Below are positions 13,105-26,148 of a stretch of DNA of 64,000 nucleotides, piece by piece. Position numbers and translations under genes: made by a program. The notes beneath the pieces are model-generated. The model saw nothing but the letters and a program-made list of their open reading frames with translations, did not search any database and was not told where the DNA came from. How positions within the stretch are numbered: position 1 is the first letter of the stretch; every line of letters starts with the position of its first letter. The DNA is taken from contig JARFYF010000050.1 in NCBI GenBank assembly GCA_030265395.1, positions 19,244,044 through 19,308,043 of the forward strand, read 5' to 3'. This DNA comes from Rhina ancylostomus (Eukaryota).

Positions 13105-13310
13105 AATCAAAAAAAGCTATAGATGCTGGAAATCTGATAAAAGAAATAGAAAATGCTGGAAACACTCAGCAGGTTAGACAGCATGGTTTTCTAACTTGTT
13201 TTCTCTCTTTCCCAATTTTGAGGAAGGGTCTTTGACTTGAAACATTAATTTGTTTCTCTTTCTGCAGATGCTGCCTGACCAGCTGAGTGCTTCCGGCATT
13301 GCTTCTATTG
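13105..13310. mobile_element. Foldback Penelope-type non-autonomous element with a degenerate hammerhead-like core
   Basis: Inverted arms aatgctggaaacactcagcaggttagacagcat / atgctgcctgaccagctgagtgcttccggcatt; core ttgaggaagggtctttgacttgaaacatt. Confidence 0.6.
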
Positions 13311-14574
13311 CTGAAGGAGGCCACTTGGCCGATGTCAATGTTTATTCTTCGCAAGAGCCTTGTTGCATCCCATTTCATTTAACCCTCTCAGCAAAACCTA
13401 TTCCATCCTCGCTTATCCCTGTTATTTACCCTACCTTCTCTGAAAAGTATCTAGAGCTCCTAGAGGTGAGTCTGATCTTCCTGGTTTTATTTTGAGCTCC
13501 ACACCCCGTTATGAATCATTATGTTTTCAACAAATACTTTATACAGAAACCAGGATAAGAAAGAATGGACATAGTCTGATTTCAGAACCCTAGCCCATTC
13601 AATAGCTGTAACTTTGGATCTGATCCCATTGACAAAAGGGTTGCGCAGCATAGCTGACATTACCAGCAGGTATCAACCATAATATTTAAAGCTGGATAAC
13701 TGACGACTGTGCAGTTTTGGAAATAAGGTGGCCTTTGAGTATGATCTCTGGATAAAATCAGGGACAGTTCATTCCTTGTGACCAGAGTGATGGGCACAAT
13801 TTAGCACTTTAAAAGATATTCAGCTTTTTGGCAGTTGGTGGCTGACTTGCAATTGAATATCTCACACTTGGGATTTACTCAATGCTGACAGTTCTACTCT
13901 GGAGATTCAACAAGATGTCAGTCAGTATCTCAGCACTATCACCATTGAATCTTTCAGTGAGCAACTGTCCAATCCTTCTCTTCTAACCTGTACCATTGGT
14001 TTTTTCTTAGTTATATCAGCCTATGCAAGAGCCAACTGTTAGTCAACCTCAAAATCTACAAAACAAGAGTGGAACAAGTCATTCTTGAACCCAAAGCACT
14101 GCCTAAGAGAAGTATGTATGTATTTTTCCACTGTTGTGCTTANNNNNNNNNNNNNNNNNNNNNNNNNNNNNNNNNNNNNNNNNNNNNNNNNNNNNNNNNN
14201 NNNNNNNNNNNNNNNNNNNNNNNNNNNNNNNNNNNNNNNNNNATGAGCCTTTGCCCCCCTTTAGTCTTGTTGCTGACGAAGTTGGAGGAAATTTGATTTC
14301 AATTTTAGCTGCAGGTGTAGAAATGTATTCCCAGTCAGTAGGGCTAAATGTGTTATGTAATTGTATCGGTGTATTAGATAGTGGTATGAATTTCACAGGT
14401 AGGATATGATGTACCAAAGCGCCTATATAGTGCATATATAGCTTGACCAATTAGAGGTGAAATTCTAGAAACTTTTTTTTTACGCGTTTTATTTCTAGAG
14501 CAAAGAAGAGAAAGAACCTGCAGGGAAAGGACTCCCCAAAAAGGGAAACTGGGAGGAAAATCATATTTTAAATT

Positions 14575-16620
14575 CATTCTATGGGATCTGAGTGTCACTG
14601 ACAAGGCCAGTATTTATTTCCCATCACTGTTTGCCCTTGGGAAGCTGGTGGAGTGCTGCCTTACTGAACTGGTGCAGTCATTGTGTTGAAGTACTCCCAC
14701 AGAATTGGTAGATAGGGAGTACCAGGATCTTTTGCCAGTGATGGTGAAGACATGACAATATATATCTATGTCAGGATGGCAAGTGACGTGATGGCAAAGC
14801 TGCAGGTTTTCCCAAGTTACTGTTGCCTTGTCCTTCTTGATGCTGGAGGTCAGAGCTGCTGGAGAAGGTAGGTGAGTAATTGAAACGTATGTTGTGGGTA
14901 TTACACAGTGCACCGTGCTGGAAGGTGTGAAGTTTTATGGTGGTACATGAGCTGTAAAAGGACATTTTGTTCTGGATGGTGCCAAGTTTCTTGGCTGTTT
15001 TTGGAGTTATGCTCATCCAGCCAAATGAAAAGTATTCTATCACACACTTGACTTGCCCTGTATATTGCTGAAAGGCTTTGAGGTCCCAGACGGTGAGTTA
15101 CTTGCCACAGGCCAGAGGATACCCGACTCTTTACCTACTTCTGTGCTTACAGATTTTGTGTGATGAATCCCCACAATTTGATGGAGAGGTATTTGGCCAG
15201 AGTGGTGTCATAGATTGTCAAGGGTAGGTAGTTAGCCACTCTCTTGCTGGAGATGGCCATTATCTGACATTTATGTGATGTGAATGTTACTTGCCATCAC
15301 CTCAGGTCTAAATGCAGACAAGGTCCTGTTGCAAACTGCCATGGATTTGATTATTTGCTGAGGAGATGCAAATGGATCTTTGTGCAATTGTCAGAAAACG
15401 CCCCACAATTTATAATGGAAGCAGTTGCAAATAGTTGTGCCTAAGACACTGCTCTGAGGGACTCAGCCATCTCCCTTTGTGCGAGGTGTGACTCCAACCT
15501 TCGCAATGTTTTCTCCTTAATGCTCATTGAACAGTGTTATCAGGACATAGTCAGTCAAGAAGCTGCCTTAATGTTCCAGGTACTCACTCTCCTCTCACCT
15601 CTGGAATTCAGCTCTTTAGTACACATTTAGAATATGGCTGCAATGAAGTCTGGAGTCAAAATATGATACTGATGAAATTCAAATTGAGCATCAATGCACT
15701 GGTTATTGGTGAGTAAGGAATGTTTGGCAGCATTGCCGACAACATCTTCCATCACTTTGATGATCATTGTGAGTAAATTAATGAGACAGCAATTTGCCAG
15801 ATTTGATTTGTTCTGCCTTTCATGGACATGACATACATGAGCAATTTTCCATATTGTCAATAGATAGCAGTGTTGTAACTACACAGGAACTGGTAGCACA
15901 GCTAGCACTGGAGCATGTCTTCAGACCTAATATTGGAATGTTGTCATCCTACGGCCTTCACTGTATCTATTGCTGTGTTCCATTTTTTGGTGTAACATAA
16001 CTGGCTTCTGAGATGTTAGGGACCTAGGAAGCTGAGAGGGAACTTCTGGATAAAGATGGTTGCAAATACTTCAGACTTGTTTTCAGCTCAGACATGCTAG
16101 GCCCTGCCATCATTGAGAATGGAGGTGTGCTTGGAGCTTCCTCCACCTATTCATGGGTTAATTATCCATCACCATTCAAGACCAGATGTTNNNNNNNNNN
16201 NNNNNNNNNNNNNNNNNNNNNNNNNNNNNNNNNNNNNNNNNNNNNNNNNNNNNNNNNNNNNNNNNNNNNNNNNNNNNNNNNNNNNNNNNNNNNNNNNNNN
16301 NNNNNNNNNNNNNNNNNNNNNNNNNNNNNNNNNNNNNNGGCTTCATTCTGTCTACTGAATGCTGCTCTTGTCAGTTCACTTTACCAGGTTGAGACATCAT
16401 TTTGAGGTACACCTGTGCTACTCCTGGAATTCCTTTCTGCACTCCTATTGAATCAAGGTTGGTAGCCTGGGTTGATACTAATGTAAGTGAGAGGTATATG
16501 CCAGACCATGAGGTTCCAGATTGTAATGGAACACAACTCCGCTGCTCCAGATGGCCCACAGGACAGGTGTTGTGGTTGGGACAAGTGGGAGCTGGTGAAG
16601 ACTTCTCTGCTCCTCTAGCT
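14575..16620 (-). mobile_element. About 2 kb decayed LINE (CR1/L2 group), 3' portion
   Basis: Starts ggccagtatttatttcccatc...gcccttgggaagctggtgg; same family at 54100-54830 (-) and 38215-38575 (+); only broken ORFs. Confidence 0.6.
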
Positions 16621-17594
16621 CTCATGTGCTCCATCAACAGAGATCTTTGCTACAGAGATGATGAGTCTGAGCTTTGGAATATTCTCCTGACATTTGAATA
16701 AAAGAATGCTCCAGACTCCTTTAGAACAGACAACTTGGAGGAAATTTCTGTCTTTACCTTTTGAAAATCATGCCCTGAGATGTACCTCAACGTGTCAGTG
16801 TGGTACATGCTTCATGCCGATGGTTCAGTCTAAAAAGTGTAGTCAGAATATTCTTTAATGCTGCTCACTTTGCAAAGAGTAAATCAAAGCTGCAGGTTCA
16901 CACTGGAACACACAATGGAGTACATCACCAAGGCCCTAACACTTCTCAGGGTTGAGATGACAGTGATACACACTGCTTATGTTCTCATCCAGTTGATTAT
17001 GACAAATGCATGCTATTGGTGGGAGGCCTCTGCCACTGACCACACACACTGAAAAACCATGGGCGTGCTGCCACTATTTGTAACCCATTAAAATTCATGG
17101 TTGGAAAATTGCAAACGATCGCACCTGCAAATCAATAGTCAGTGGTACAGACTGCCCATGGTTTGCTTCCATTCGTATAATCTGCAAACAATATCAGCTC
17201 TTCCTTTCTAATCTGCTCCAGCATATGGTCCCTAGTCCATCTGACACTTCATTTTAATGCATCCTAATGCTCCCAGTATCATCCCCATGCTCACAACAAG
17301 ATATCTTTTGATCAGAACTTGAAATGCCAAACTCTTGCCTATTTCTATATTGTGATCCAATTATGAGGCCCGAAGGCAAGCACAGAAATTTAAATTTGTT
17401 AGCTTTTGGAGGGGTCCTTAACTCTTCAAGGCAAATATGTGCATATGCACTCAATAACATTGTGTCTCTTTTTTAGATGATTATAGAGAGGTTTGTGCTT
17501 GTGCAACTATCCCTTGAACATATCCCTAAATGAACCCATAAAATAACTACTATTTATTTATTTATTTGGTCATCACATGGTTTTGGTCGCCATT

Positions 17595-18065
17595 ATCATT
17601 GGAGACAGTTCAGAGAAGCTTGACAAGGGTGGGATTGTCTTATGAGGAAAGAATGCACAGTAAGGTCTGTATTCATTGGAGTTTAGAAGAATGACTGGTG
17701 ATCTTATTGAAACATGTCAAATTCTTAGGGGGCTTAACAGGGTAATTTTTGGGAGGATGCTTCCCCTTGTGGGAGAGTCTAAGACAAGTGGGCATAGTCT
17801 CAAAGTAAGCAAGTGCCTATTTAAAACTGAAGTGAATTTTTCTCTCTAAAGGATGTGAATCTTCAGAACTCCTTGCTGCAGAAAGCTGTAGTGGCTAAAT
17901 CCTGGAATGTATTCAATGCTGAGTGAGGTTTCTAATCAAGGGTTATGGGGAGAGGATAGGAGAGTGGACTTGAGGAAAGTTGGACTGGTCATGAACTTAT
18001 TGAATGGTGGAGCAGATTAAAGGGGCCAAATGGTCTACTCCTGTTCCTATTTCATATGATCTTGG
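17595..18065 (+). mobile_element. CR1-clade LINE 3' fragment
   Basis: ctgtattcattggagtttagaagaatgactggtgatcttattgaaaca (LYSLEFRR..GDLIE motif), ending aaatggtctactcctgttcctatttc. Confidence 0.8.
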
Positions 18066-18497
18066 AATCAGCTTGATATTAAGTTTAAGTCTTAACCCAC
18101 TGAATGAATGGATCAGGCAGTGGTTCTTAGTTTAAATAAATCCATTGTTACCTTAACACCATTACAACAAACCTCAATTTATTTACAATCATGCTTGTGT
18201 ACACAATATTTAACCAACATTACTTTTCAACAGGACTTTTTCCCCTGAGTTTGTAAGGTGTGCAGGTTCCAGGTAATTAAGATGCATTTAATAAACACTT
18301 CATAAACTGTATTTGCTAAAATAAAAACCAGACCAGTAATACTATAATAAATGTTCAGACAACTTCACAGCAGGCAGAACTCCCTGTTGTCATCTAGGCT
18401 TTGAGATAAATGTAAGAGGTGAATGAAGGGGCAATGTCCACAACACGAAGAAATGAGGCTATAAATTAAGTGGGGAGCCTGCTTCTGCTGGCCATAC

Positions 18498-18562
18498 CTG
18501 TCACTGTACGCTGCGGCTGCGGCTGCAGCAGGCTGGGCATATCTGTATGCTGCGTAGCCTCC
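18498..18562 (-). CDS. RBFOX3: RBFOX3 coding exon, 65 nt (GGYAAYRYAQPAAAAAAAYSD(S))
   Basis: Acceptor cttctttctgttccag, donor AG|gtatgg; the peptide is visible inside ORF 18365..18619. Confidence 0.97.
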
Positions 18563-21500
18563 CTGGAACAGAAAGAAGAGCTTTGTTACATTCTGTGTGT
18601 AATGGACTGGCACTGCCATAAATGATGTTTGTTCTGGAATGCAGAGGCGGTGAAATGGTCAGAGGTGATGAGCAGCTTTAAGCAGTAGGAACTGGTGAGG
18701 CAGTCAAACAATGAGCAGTGGACTGATAGTCACTACCTATTACTGCCATTTGGATTCAAGAGCCAGTCAAAGCATTCCTGTGGCCTTTAAAGAGTGCCAT
18801 TTACTGCACTTCACTAGGTCATTACCAGTGTTAAAAGTGAGGCCAGGACAAATTCCCCACGAAAGGAATCCTTCTTTGAGTTAGTGCAATGTACAAAAAT
18901 GATGTGTAATTTCAAGCTGCTTGAATAGAACAAAGATCATTGATGTGAAAAGTCTGTGAGACATGTTCACTGGTATCTTGACATGACCCGCCACTGCAGA
19001 TAATTATCTATCCACATTCTCAGATGACAGAGTATCCGTGAAAACAAGCAGACACTTTAGAAAGCAAACAGAGTTAATCCTTGCCTGTAGAATGCTAAAC
19101 CCACTTACTTCCCCTGGTGAATTACCTCGGCTCTTGAAGATTAAAATCTGTGTAAACATTGAAATCCAGCATCAGGGAACGATTCGCCTTGTCAATTATT
19201 TGGGGACTTTCTAATTATTACACTGTTTTTCAGAGACATGCTTTGGATTTATTAAATCTCATCTTTTTGAAAACTATAAGATAGCATAACACTGACAGAG
19301 CTGAATTTCATCCTTTCGTAAAATTTCAAAAGATGCTTTTAGCAGTTGTTAGATTTGTAGTTCTTTCAGATGCTTTTTCATCCTTCATGTAATAAAATAA
19401 TGGTGTTATGGATTTGGTGGTGCTGCTTGGTGCTCAGCTTGAACTGCAGTTGAAGAGCTGTTAAGTAACACATGGATGTGCTTATAAGAGACACACTGGA
19501 GAATTGACGTGCCCTATAACTATCTATCGTGCCCTTTCCAATACATTAATTGCTAACACCAGACTGAAGAAAACAATTTAAATGTTTTGTGGCACTGCTA
19601 CAATTGTGTTGCTGTCAGCTTTACCATTGCTGGAAATACTACGGAACTTGCCCTCGCAAGGTAAATGGAATATTACTAATGATATCGATAACAGTGAAAA
19701 TAACCAAGGAAACCACTGCAGGGAAGGCAATGTGGCTGGGTTCACTTGCTTCTTGTTTCTTGTTGTGACTTTTGTGACTACTGGGGACATTTGATGAAAC
19801 TAAATACTTCCCATTTATCAGAGGACTTCTGTACAAACCTCACGAGCAGTGGGAATCCATTAGTGGCCGAGATGTTTTCCCCACAAAGAAGGCGACTTCT
19901 CATTATTTTGAACTAAAGGGGCATTTATATCATATGGCCAAAATTCTAGAAGTTAGAAGGCACTACAGTTAACGATGGGGATATGTGCTCGGACTTGGAA
20001 TGCTTGAATGGACATGCATGAGCTGCAAAGCTGAAGCTTTGGGTAGGCCGGTGACCTGGCAAAGTGTTTAGTGTCTCAGCAGTGCATGCTGTAAGGGAAT
20101 TAGGCAGAGCTGGGACTTCGATAAAAGATGCAGAGAACATGGCATTGACAGATCGATTTGAAACCTTAATACAGTTAAACCCCTCACCGTGTGAAGCATG
20201 GTGTTAATTAAAACACTGGGATACAGCCTGGGCCCCTGGCATCATGCCATCTCATTCACTTTTGAAACAGCAGTTGGATGAATGGGACTGGGTATTGCAG
20301 GGTCCCACTGAGGGCTGCCTGTCTAATAAAGTCATCCCCTCCCTCCCTCTTATGGGAGTTTTAGGCTCATTAACATTCAGATGGGATTTTTTTTAAATAT
20401 TAACCTAGAAATTAAATTAAAAGGTAAGAGAAATCATGCTGAAGATAGCTTCAATTATACAGCTCTTCAAATAAATCTCTCATAAACCTTTCACAAGGAT
20501 CTTAAATGATTCCTAAACAGCGGCCCTCCTCCTGAAGGTTAATGGTTGTTTCTTCACAATCTACTGCAGCCAATAAATCTATGGTAATTTCTTCTTGGTA
20601 CACTGATAATCTGGGTCCAGACCCAAAGACACATCGCACATAGCTGCTGCTCTCTCTCTCTCAGGATTAGGGTTCCCTTTTTTAAATACAAGGTGTCCAA
20701 AAATGTTTTGGAATTTTTACTTGCTACAAAGGCAATTCATGTCTCACTGGGAGACAGTTTGATGCTGTGGATTCCTTTTCCGTAGGAATTGGATGGAATA
20801 ACTTGAAACTTAATTCACTTTGCAACCTAAAGGGAGACATTGTTTGGATCAACTCATCCAGGTCACAGTGGTCAGGTAACAGGTTTATGCCATCCATTTC
20901 TCTCTTGGATCTTAATATGTTAAGCAGCCCTCCTGGTTAATGTGATTTTCATGTTTAACTAATTCCTTTGTCTCTCTATTCTATTTATAATGATATGTTC
21001 CGAAATATTCACAGGCAGTTTCTGTACCTGGAGACATAACCGGGAAGTAAGCCATTCAACTCTTTGGGCCCTACTCCACCATCCAGTCAGATTACGGCCA
21101 ATTCTGCTTACAACCTCTCAGGAATAGCAAACTGGTGAACACTGCGGGAGCAGGTTGCTGTCATGCGATGGTGTGCACAACATCAGATTAAATGCCAGAT
21201 GTACCTCACTGCAGAAGCAGGTTGGAAAATCCAGTCAAAACAAAGAGTCAACTTACAAAATACACAATTAATCTAAAACTTCTTCTGCATTCAGGCCACC
21301 TGACATAGGTTATGGGGATACAAATCAATTACACAGCCCAAAAGTTCAGGACATTTTAGGCATAAGTGAATTTTGCACCTGAATATACCTTGATTCCCTT
21401 GACCTTTTGTGGCCTCTTTTGTTTCATTTGCATATCAAAGTGGCTTGTCTCAAGTTACAGAGTCTCCTATAAAAGATTCTTTCATCTGCACTTGCTCAGA

Positions 21501-23648
21501 GGCTCTCTTCAAATCACCGGATGACTTTGCCAATTCCTTTTAGAAATTGATCAGTAGTTTCTCTCTCTTCGAATACATTTTTATGGCATATGCCATAGCA
21601 AAAATCTACAAACTTCCTAAATTTGAGGTTCTTAAATGTGGGCCTGGTGTGCGATAACTAACTAATAATTTTCACTCTTAAAGAAGAGAGATGCAAAGGT
21701 AGAAACTCTCCTGAGGCTTCATGTAGTAAATGCACAATATAATGACATATGTCTGTTGAGCTTGTTGTTGAAATTCAGGGCCACTGAAATCATGGGAGTG
21801 AATGTTGGAAGTGGAATACTATGTACAAATGCTACCACATCACGTATCAAGCACATGCACCTGAGACCAGATTATGTGGCATCAGTGCTTTCCTTGGGCA
21901 ATGCAACATTTTGAGTCCACAGGAAATTTCAGCAGACTTAGTGTTGGCAGAATGGATGTTTTCTTTTTTATAACGTCCAGGTTGTAGCCAATAAGGATAT
22001 GTCTAGTCTAACATTTCACGCCCAATCCAATACCATTGTATGTTAAGAACTTCCAGAAACTCGCAAACATTAAAATCCTGTTGTTCAGCAAGGTTTTGGC
22101 CAGGGATTAACGAGTGAAACTTTATTGATAAACTCGAACTGATTCATTAATTGCTACATTGGAAACTGTATGAAAAAATAGTGGACACATTTTGCAATAT
22201 AAGCTTAGGAATTTACTGTGGGGGGTTTAATCAGTAATTTACATTTGTGCACCAAATTTGGTCCTGTCATTTTCATAGAATCAGAAAATCAAGCAACTGA
22301 ATNNNNNNNNNNNNNNNNNNNNNNNNNNNNNNNNNNNNNNNNNNNNNNNNNNNNNNNNNNNNNNNNNNNNNNNNNNNNNNNNNNNNNNNNNNNNNNNNNN
22401 NNAATGAGACCATTTGGCCCTATGTTCCTGCACCTAAATTTCATTACCAACCTTGTAGGAATATGCTGTATCGTTAAACTCGGCATTGTAAACAATTGTG
22501 CCCAAGGGAGGCATAGAACTTGGACCATATTTCTTCTCGAATAAAAATTAAAGTTTGAAGCCATCTGAACCATTAGTCACAGACATTAGGCACAGCTTGT
22601 TTAAGAACCTGCAACTGGGGAAGCTTTCCAATTTTTCATGTCATTCTCACTGATGCCATTAAGATACATTCATAGAAACATGATACAGTGCAGGACTTAG
22701 TTGCATTCTGAAAAAAAACTGCAAAAACAATACCAGAAATATGCCTTTGCTTTCTGTATGCCTAAAATTCTGGGCTAGTTATTATGCCTGCTCTGAACAA
22801 ATGAACAAATGTAATTCCATTAAATTCACATGTACAGCTCTTTAGACTGGGGGTGAAACTATTATGATAAGCCTTGGTATATAGAAAAGCAGAAAACTTG
22901 TGCATGTGAGCCCTGAGACATTTGCACTCAAGGCATAAAGCAAACATCTGGCACAAATGAACACTGAAATTCAGAAGTAACATAATTAAGCACATAGCAC
23001 ACTTGCACACATTTCCTTACTTTTTTAACGCTGGAATTTACTTTAAATCCTGCCTGCCTCTGTCTATTGGACGTACTACACAGAATGTACACCCATTTGT
23101 CCCTGGGCTCCTTCATCATGTTTACACGACAGCTTTCATTCTTAATTAATTAATTTGTTTACAACTATTAATTTGTTGTTTTATATGATGTTTTACAGCA
23201 TGGAAATGTGGGCATCTCTTTAATGCTGATGGTAGCAAAGGAACTCAGTGCTGCATGAACCAGCCTGAATATGAATGGCAGCCCTTTGGGATATTGTGCC
23301 GCAGTGTAGCCCAAGGCTACTTATTTCCATGAAATCCATTATAGTATAAATATTGGCTGCGATGGAAGCCAGTGGCTTACCTAATGGACCACAAACTTAA
23401 AAAAATATGTTTCACACTATGAAGCTGTGCAATATTTAAATCTGGTCTTTCTCCCTCTGCAACCACCACCTCCCAAACTGTAGATTGTATGTCGTGCGGC
23501 ATAATCTGCCAGCAACCCTTGTCCTGTCATTCTATTGTTCACTGATGTCAACCAGAGATGTCCAAGATCTTTTTTCCCCTACATCACTGTCACTGTAACC
23601 CTCTCACAGTTCACAGTCACACTACCCCCGCCCCCTCACTCAAACACT

Positions 23649-23651
<3 letters not shown>

Positions 23652-23729
<78 letters not shown>
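23652..23729. repeat. (CA)n microsatellite, (UG)n in the pre-mRNA
   Basis: Uninterrupted AC run of about 78 bp. Confidence 0.97.
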
Positions 23730-23731
<2 letters not shown>

Positions 23732-23949
23732 ATGCTGTGGAATTGCTTAAGCAATGCTGAGATTTTTTTTACTTACAAATAGTGGTTTGTAGATAAACAT
23801 TTGGCTTTATAGTCCATGGCAATGATAAATATTTGACATATACATTAATATCATAACTCATAATTGCAGGATTAATTTTTTCAACAAAATGATGTAGAGA
23901 AATGCCTGTGACAGTAAAAATATAAGTTAATGGTGACTGAAAAAAGTGA

Positions 23950-24170
23950 ATCTAAAAGCAAAAATGCTGGGAACACTCAGCAGTTCAGGCAGCATCTGTG
24001 GAGAGTGAAACAGAGTTCATGTTTTAAGCTGATAACCTTTCATGGGATGAAGGCTCATTGCCCTGAGACATTCTGATGAAAGCTCATCGACCTTGAATGT
24101 TAACTCTGACTCTGTCTTCACAGATACAATCGGATCTGCTGAGCATTTCCAGCATTATTAGTTTTTGTTT
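23950..24170. mobile_element. Foldback Penelope-type element with two tandem degenerate hammerhead-like cores
   Basis: Arms aatgctgggaacactcagcag / ctgctgagcatttccagcatt; centre gatgaaggctcattgccctgagacatt-ctgatgaaagctcatcgaccttgaatgtt. Confidence 0.6.
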
Positions 24171-26108
24171 TGAAAAATATATTGGCAGGTTTTGTGAATC
24201 CCAGTGCCTCAGTCACCAGCAGTCACTGCAACTATAGCTGGAATCTGAAAGCCATCCATTACCTTTTTGCCCAATAAGCCTGTTTTGTGCATGCAGTTTG
24301 GTGCTCTGATCATGGCTAATGAATAACAATGAGGCAATCAAACAAACCATGAAGAATGAAGGTAAAAAGATTTAATAACTGGGTAATTAAAAGCTTTGTG
24401 AAAAATAATTGCAAATCTGCTCTAAAGACAGATCATCAATTTTTGCTCGGCATTTTCAAAGTCTTCCCCAGTCAAGTAAGACGGTGAAGGTTTCTGAAAG
24501 TCTATGAAGAGAGGCGTAAAAGGATGCACAAGCAAACTTTTAGACATGGCTATTAAGTCCCAAAAATCTGAGAGACCAGAGGTTCCTGAACATAAGTCTG
24601 GATGTTGTGTATGGAGGAAAATCATACTTTTAGGATTTCACTTCCAACAGAGAATTTCCTTTCCTTGAACTTTCCATCTGTTAGAGTTGAAGGGTACAGC
24701 TGCCCTCCTAACTGGAGAGGGAAGTCCTTACTTAGCCACTGTGATCTGGGAATACCAAGCATCGGTAAGAAAGACAAAGACCCAGACTAATATCAGTAAC
24801 TGGTTGACCTTGTTGAATAGACTCAATAATCATTGTCTATCAGTTTCAAAAATGTTCCTTAAATTTTGACAAAAGTTTAAAAGACCAGTGCAAGATCTTA
24901 TCCAAGAATGCCATGAGATTCAATATTTTCAGCAAGTGTAAAAAGAACCCCTCCCATCCGCCCCCACCAACCTTGATTAAGTTTTTCAGAATTAACACCA
25001 GCTTCAATGAAATTGAAAAACTATTGATGGAACATCTGCAACACCTGACATAAAGCTGCTGGGGTCCAGTCATTTCTGATCGTGCCTGCAACCTGGGTTA
25101 AGGTCCTTCAATTTCATCTAATGTTGGTTTTATCACTGTGATCATAGAGTCATCTGAACAGGAGGGTCATTATCTATGCATTGCATGAAACCACGGAAGC
25201 ATTCTATATATACACCAGGTAAGCAGCAGTAGTAATTCAACCTTTAGAGCCATATAATAAGTAACTGTAAACTTGTATTCCGTAACCTAAAATGATCGTC
25301 TATTAAATAAGTTATAAAGAGATATCATTGGTTCTACTTTAGTCATGTTTGGTAATAACATCTGGTTCTATACATGTTAAATGTTTAACTTGTTACTTCA
25401 TAGTGATATTTACATGCTAAATCTCGAGAATCCTTCATTGATGCTTTCTTGTCTGCACTCTTCCTGGAACTGGCTGTTATTAACAAATGCTTTTGCTAAA
25501 ATTCTTTCATTAGCAAATTTAATAAGAAGGCAGCAATTTCTCATCTCATTATTACAAAATCATGATAATTCAAGTTCCAACTTGTAACTATTAGGTTTAA
25601 ATGTTCTTCTTGAGGATTTATTTTGGTTTGACTATAACCTTCATCTACAAAAAATGTACTCAAAGTTATTTAATAGGATAAATTTGTTTAAGATGATTCA
25701 CTCTCATCTTGATAACTGTTAGTTATCTCTGAGTTTTTAATATTTGTTAATGCTAGATTAAGAGTTCTAATTTAATTGGGTGCTTGCCAAAGCAATTCTA
25801 CATTGGAGCAATCCTATCTTTTTCCAAATATCAGATGTATTAAATGAATCTAACCAAGCACCACAAGTCCACTTTAATACTGATCAAACAGCTGCCTCTT
25901 CAAGAAGGTTGACTTATTGATATCCAAATGTTTGCATGATTTGACCTCAGCATACACATCCAACTGAATTCCAATAATTTCCAACAATTTCACCTGTAAG
26001 ACTAGACCGTGTTGCAATCTAAATTACATAACTCCAATAATGGTGACAACAGTCAGCTGAGACTTTAGCTAATCAGTTGACAATGATTGAATTTTAAAAC
26101 ATACTCAC

Positions 26109-26148
26109 GTAAATTTCCGCCCCATAAAACCCATCCTGGTACACAACT
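26109..26148 (-). CDS. RBFOX3: RBFOX3 40-nt B40-type exon ((A)VVYQDGFYGAEIY)
   Basis: ttattttgcag|A GTT GTG TAC CAG GAT GGG TTT TAT GGG GCG GAA ATT TAC|gtgagt; length and peptide match the brain-type B40 exon of RBFOX genes. Confidence 0.96.
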
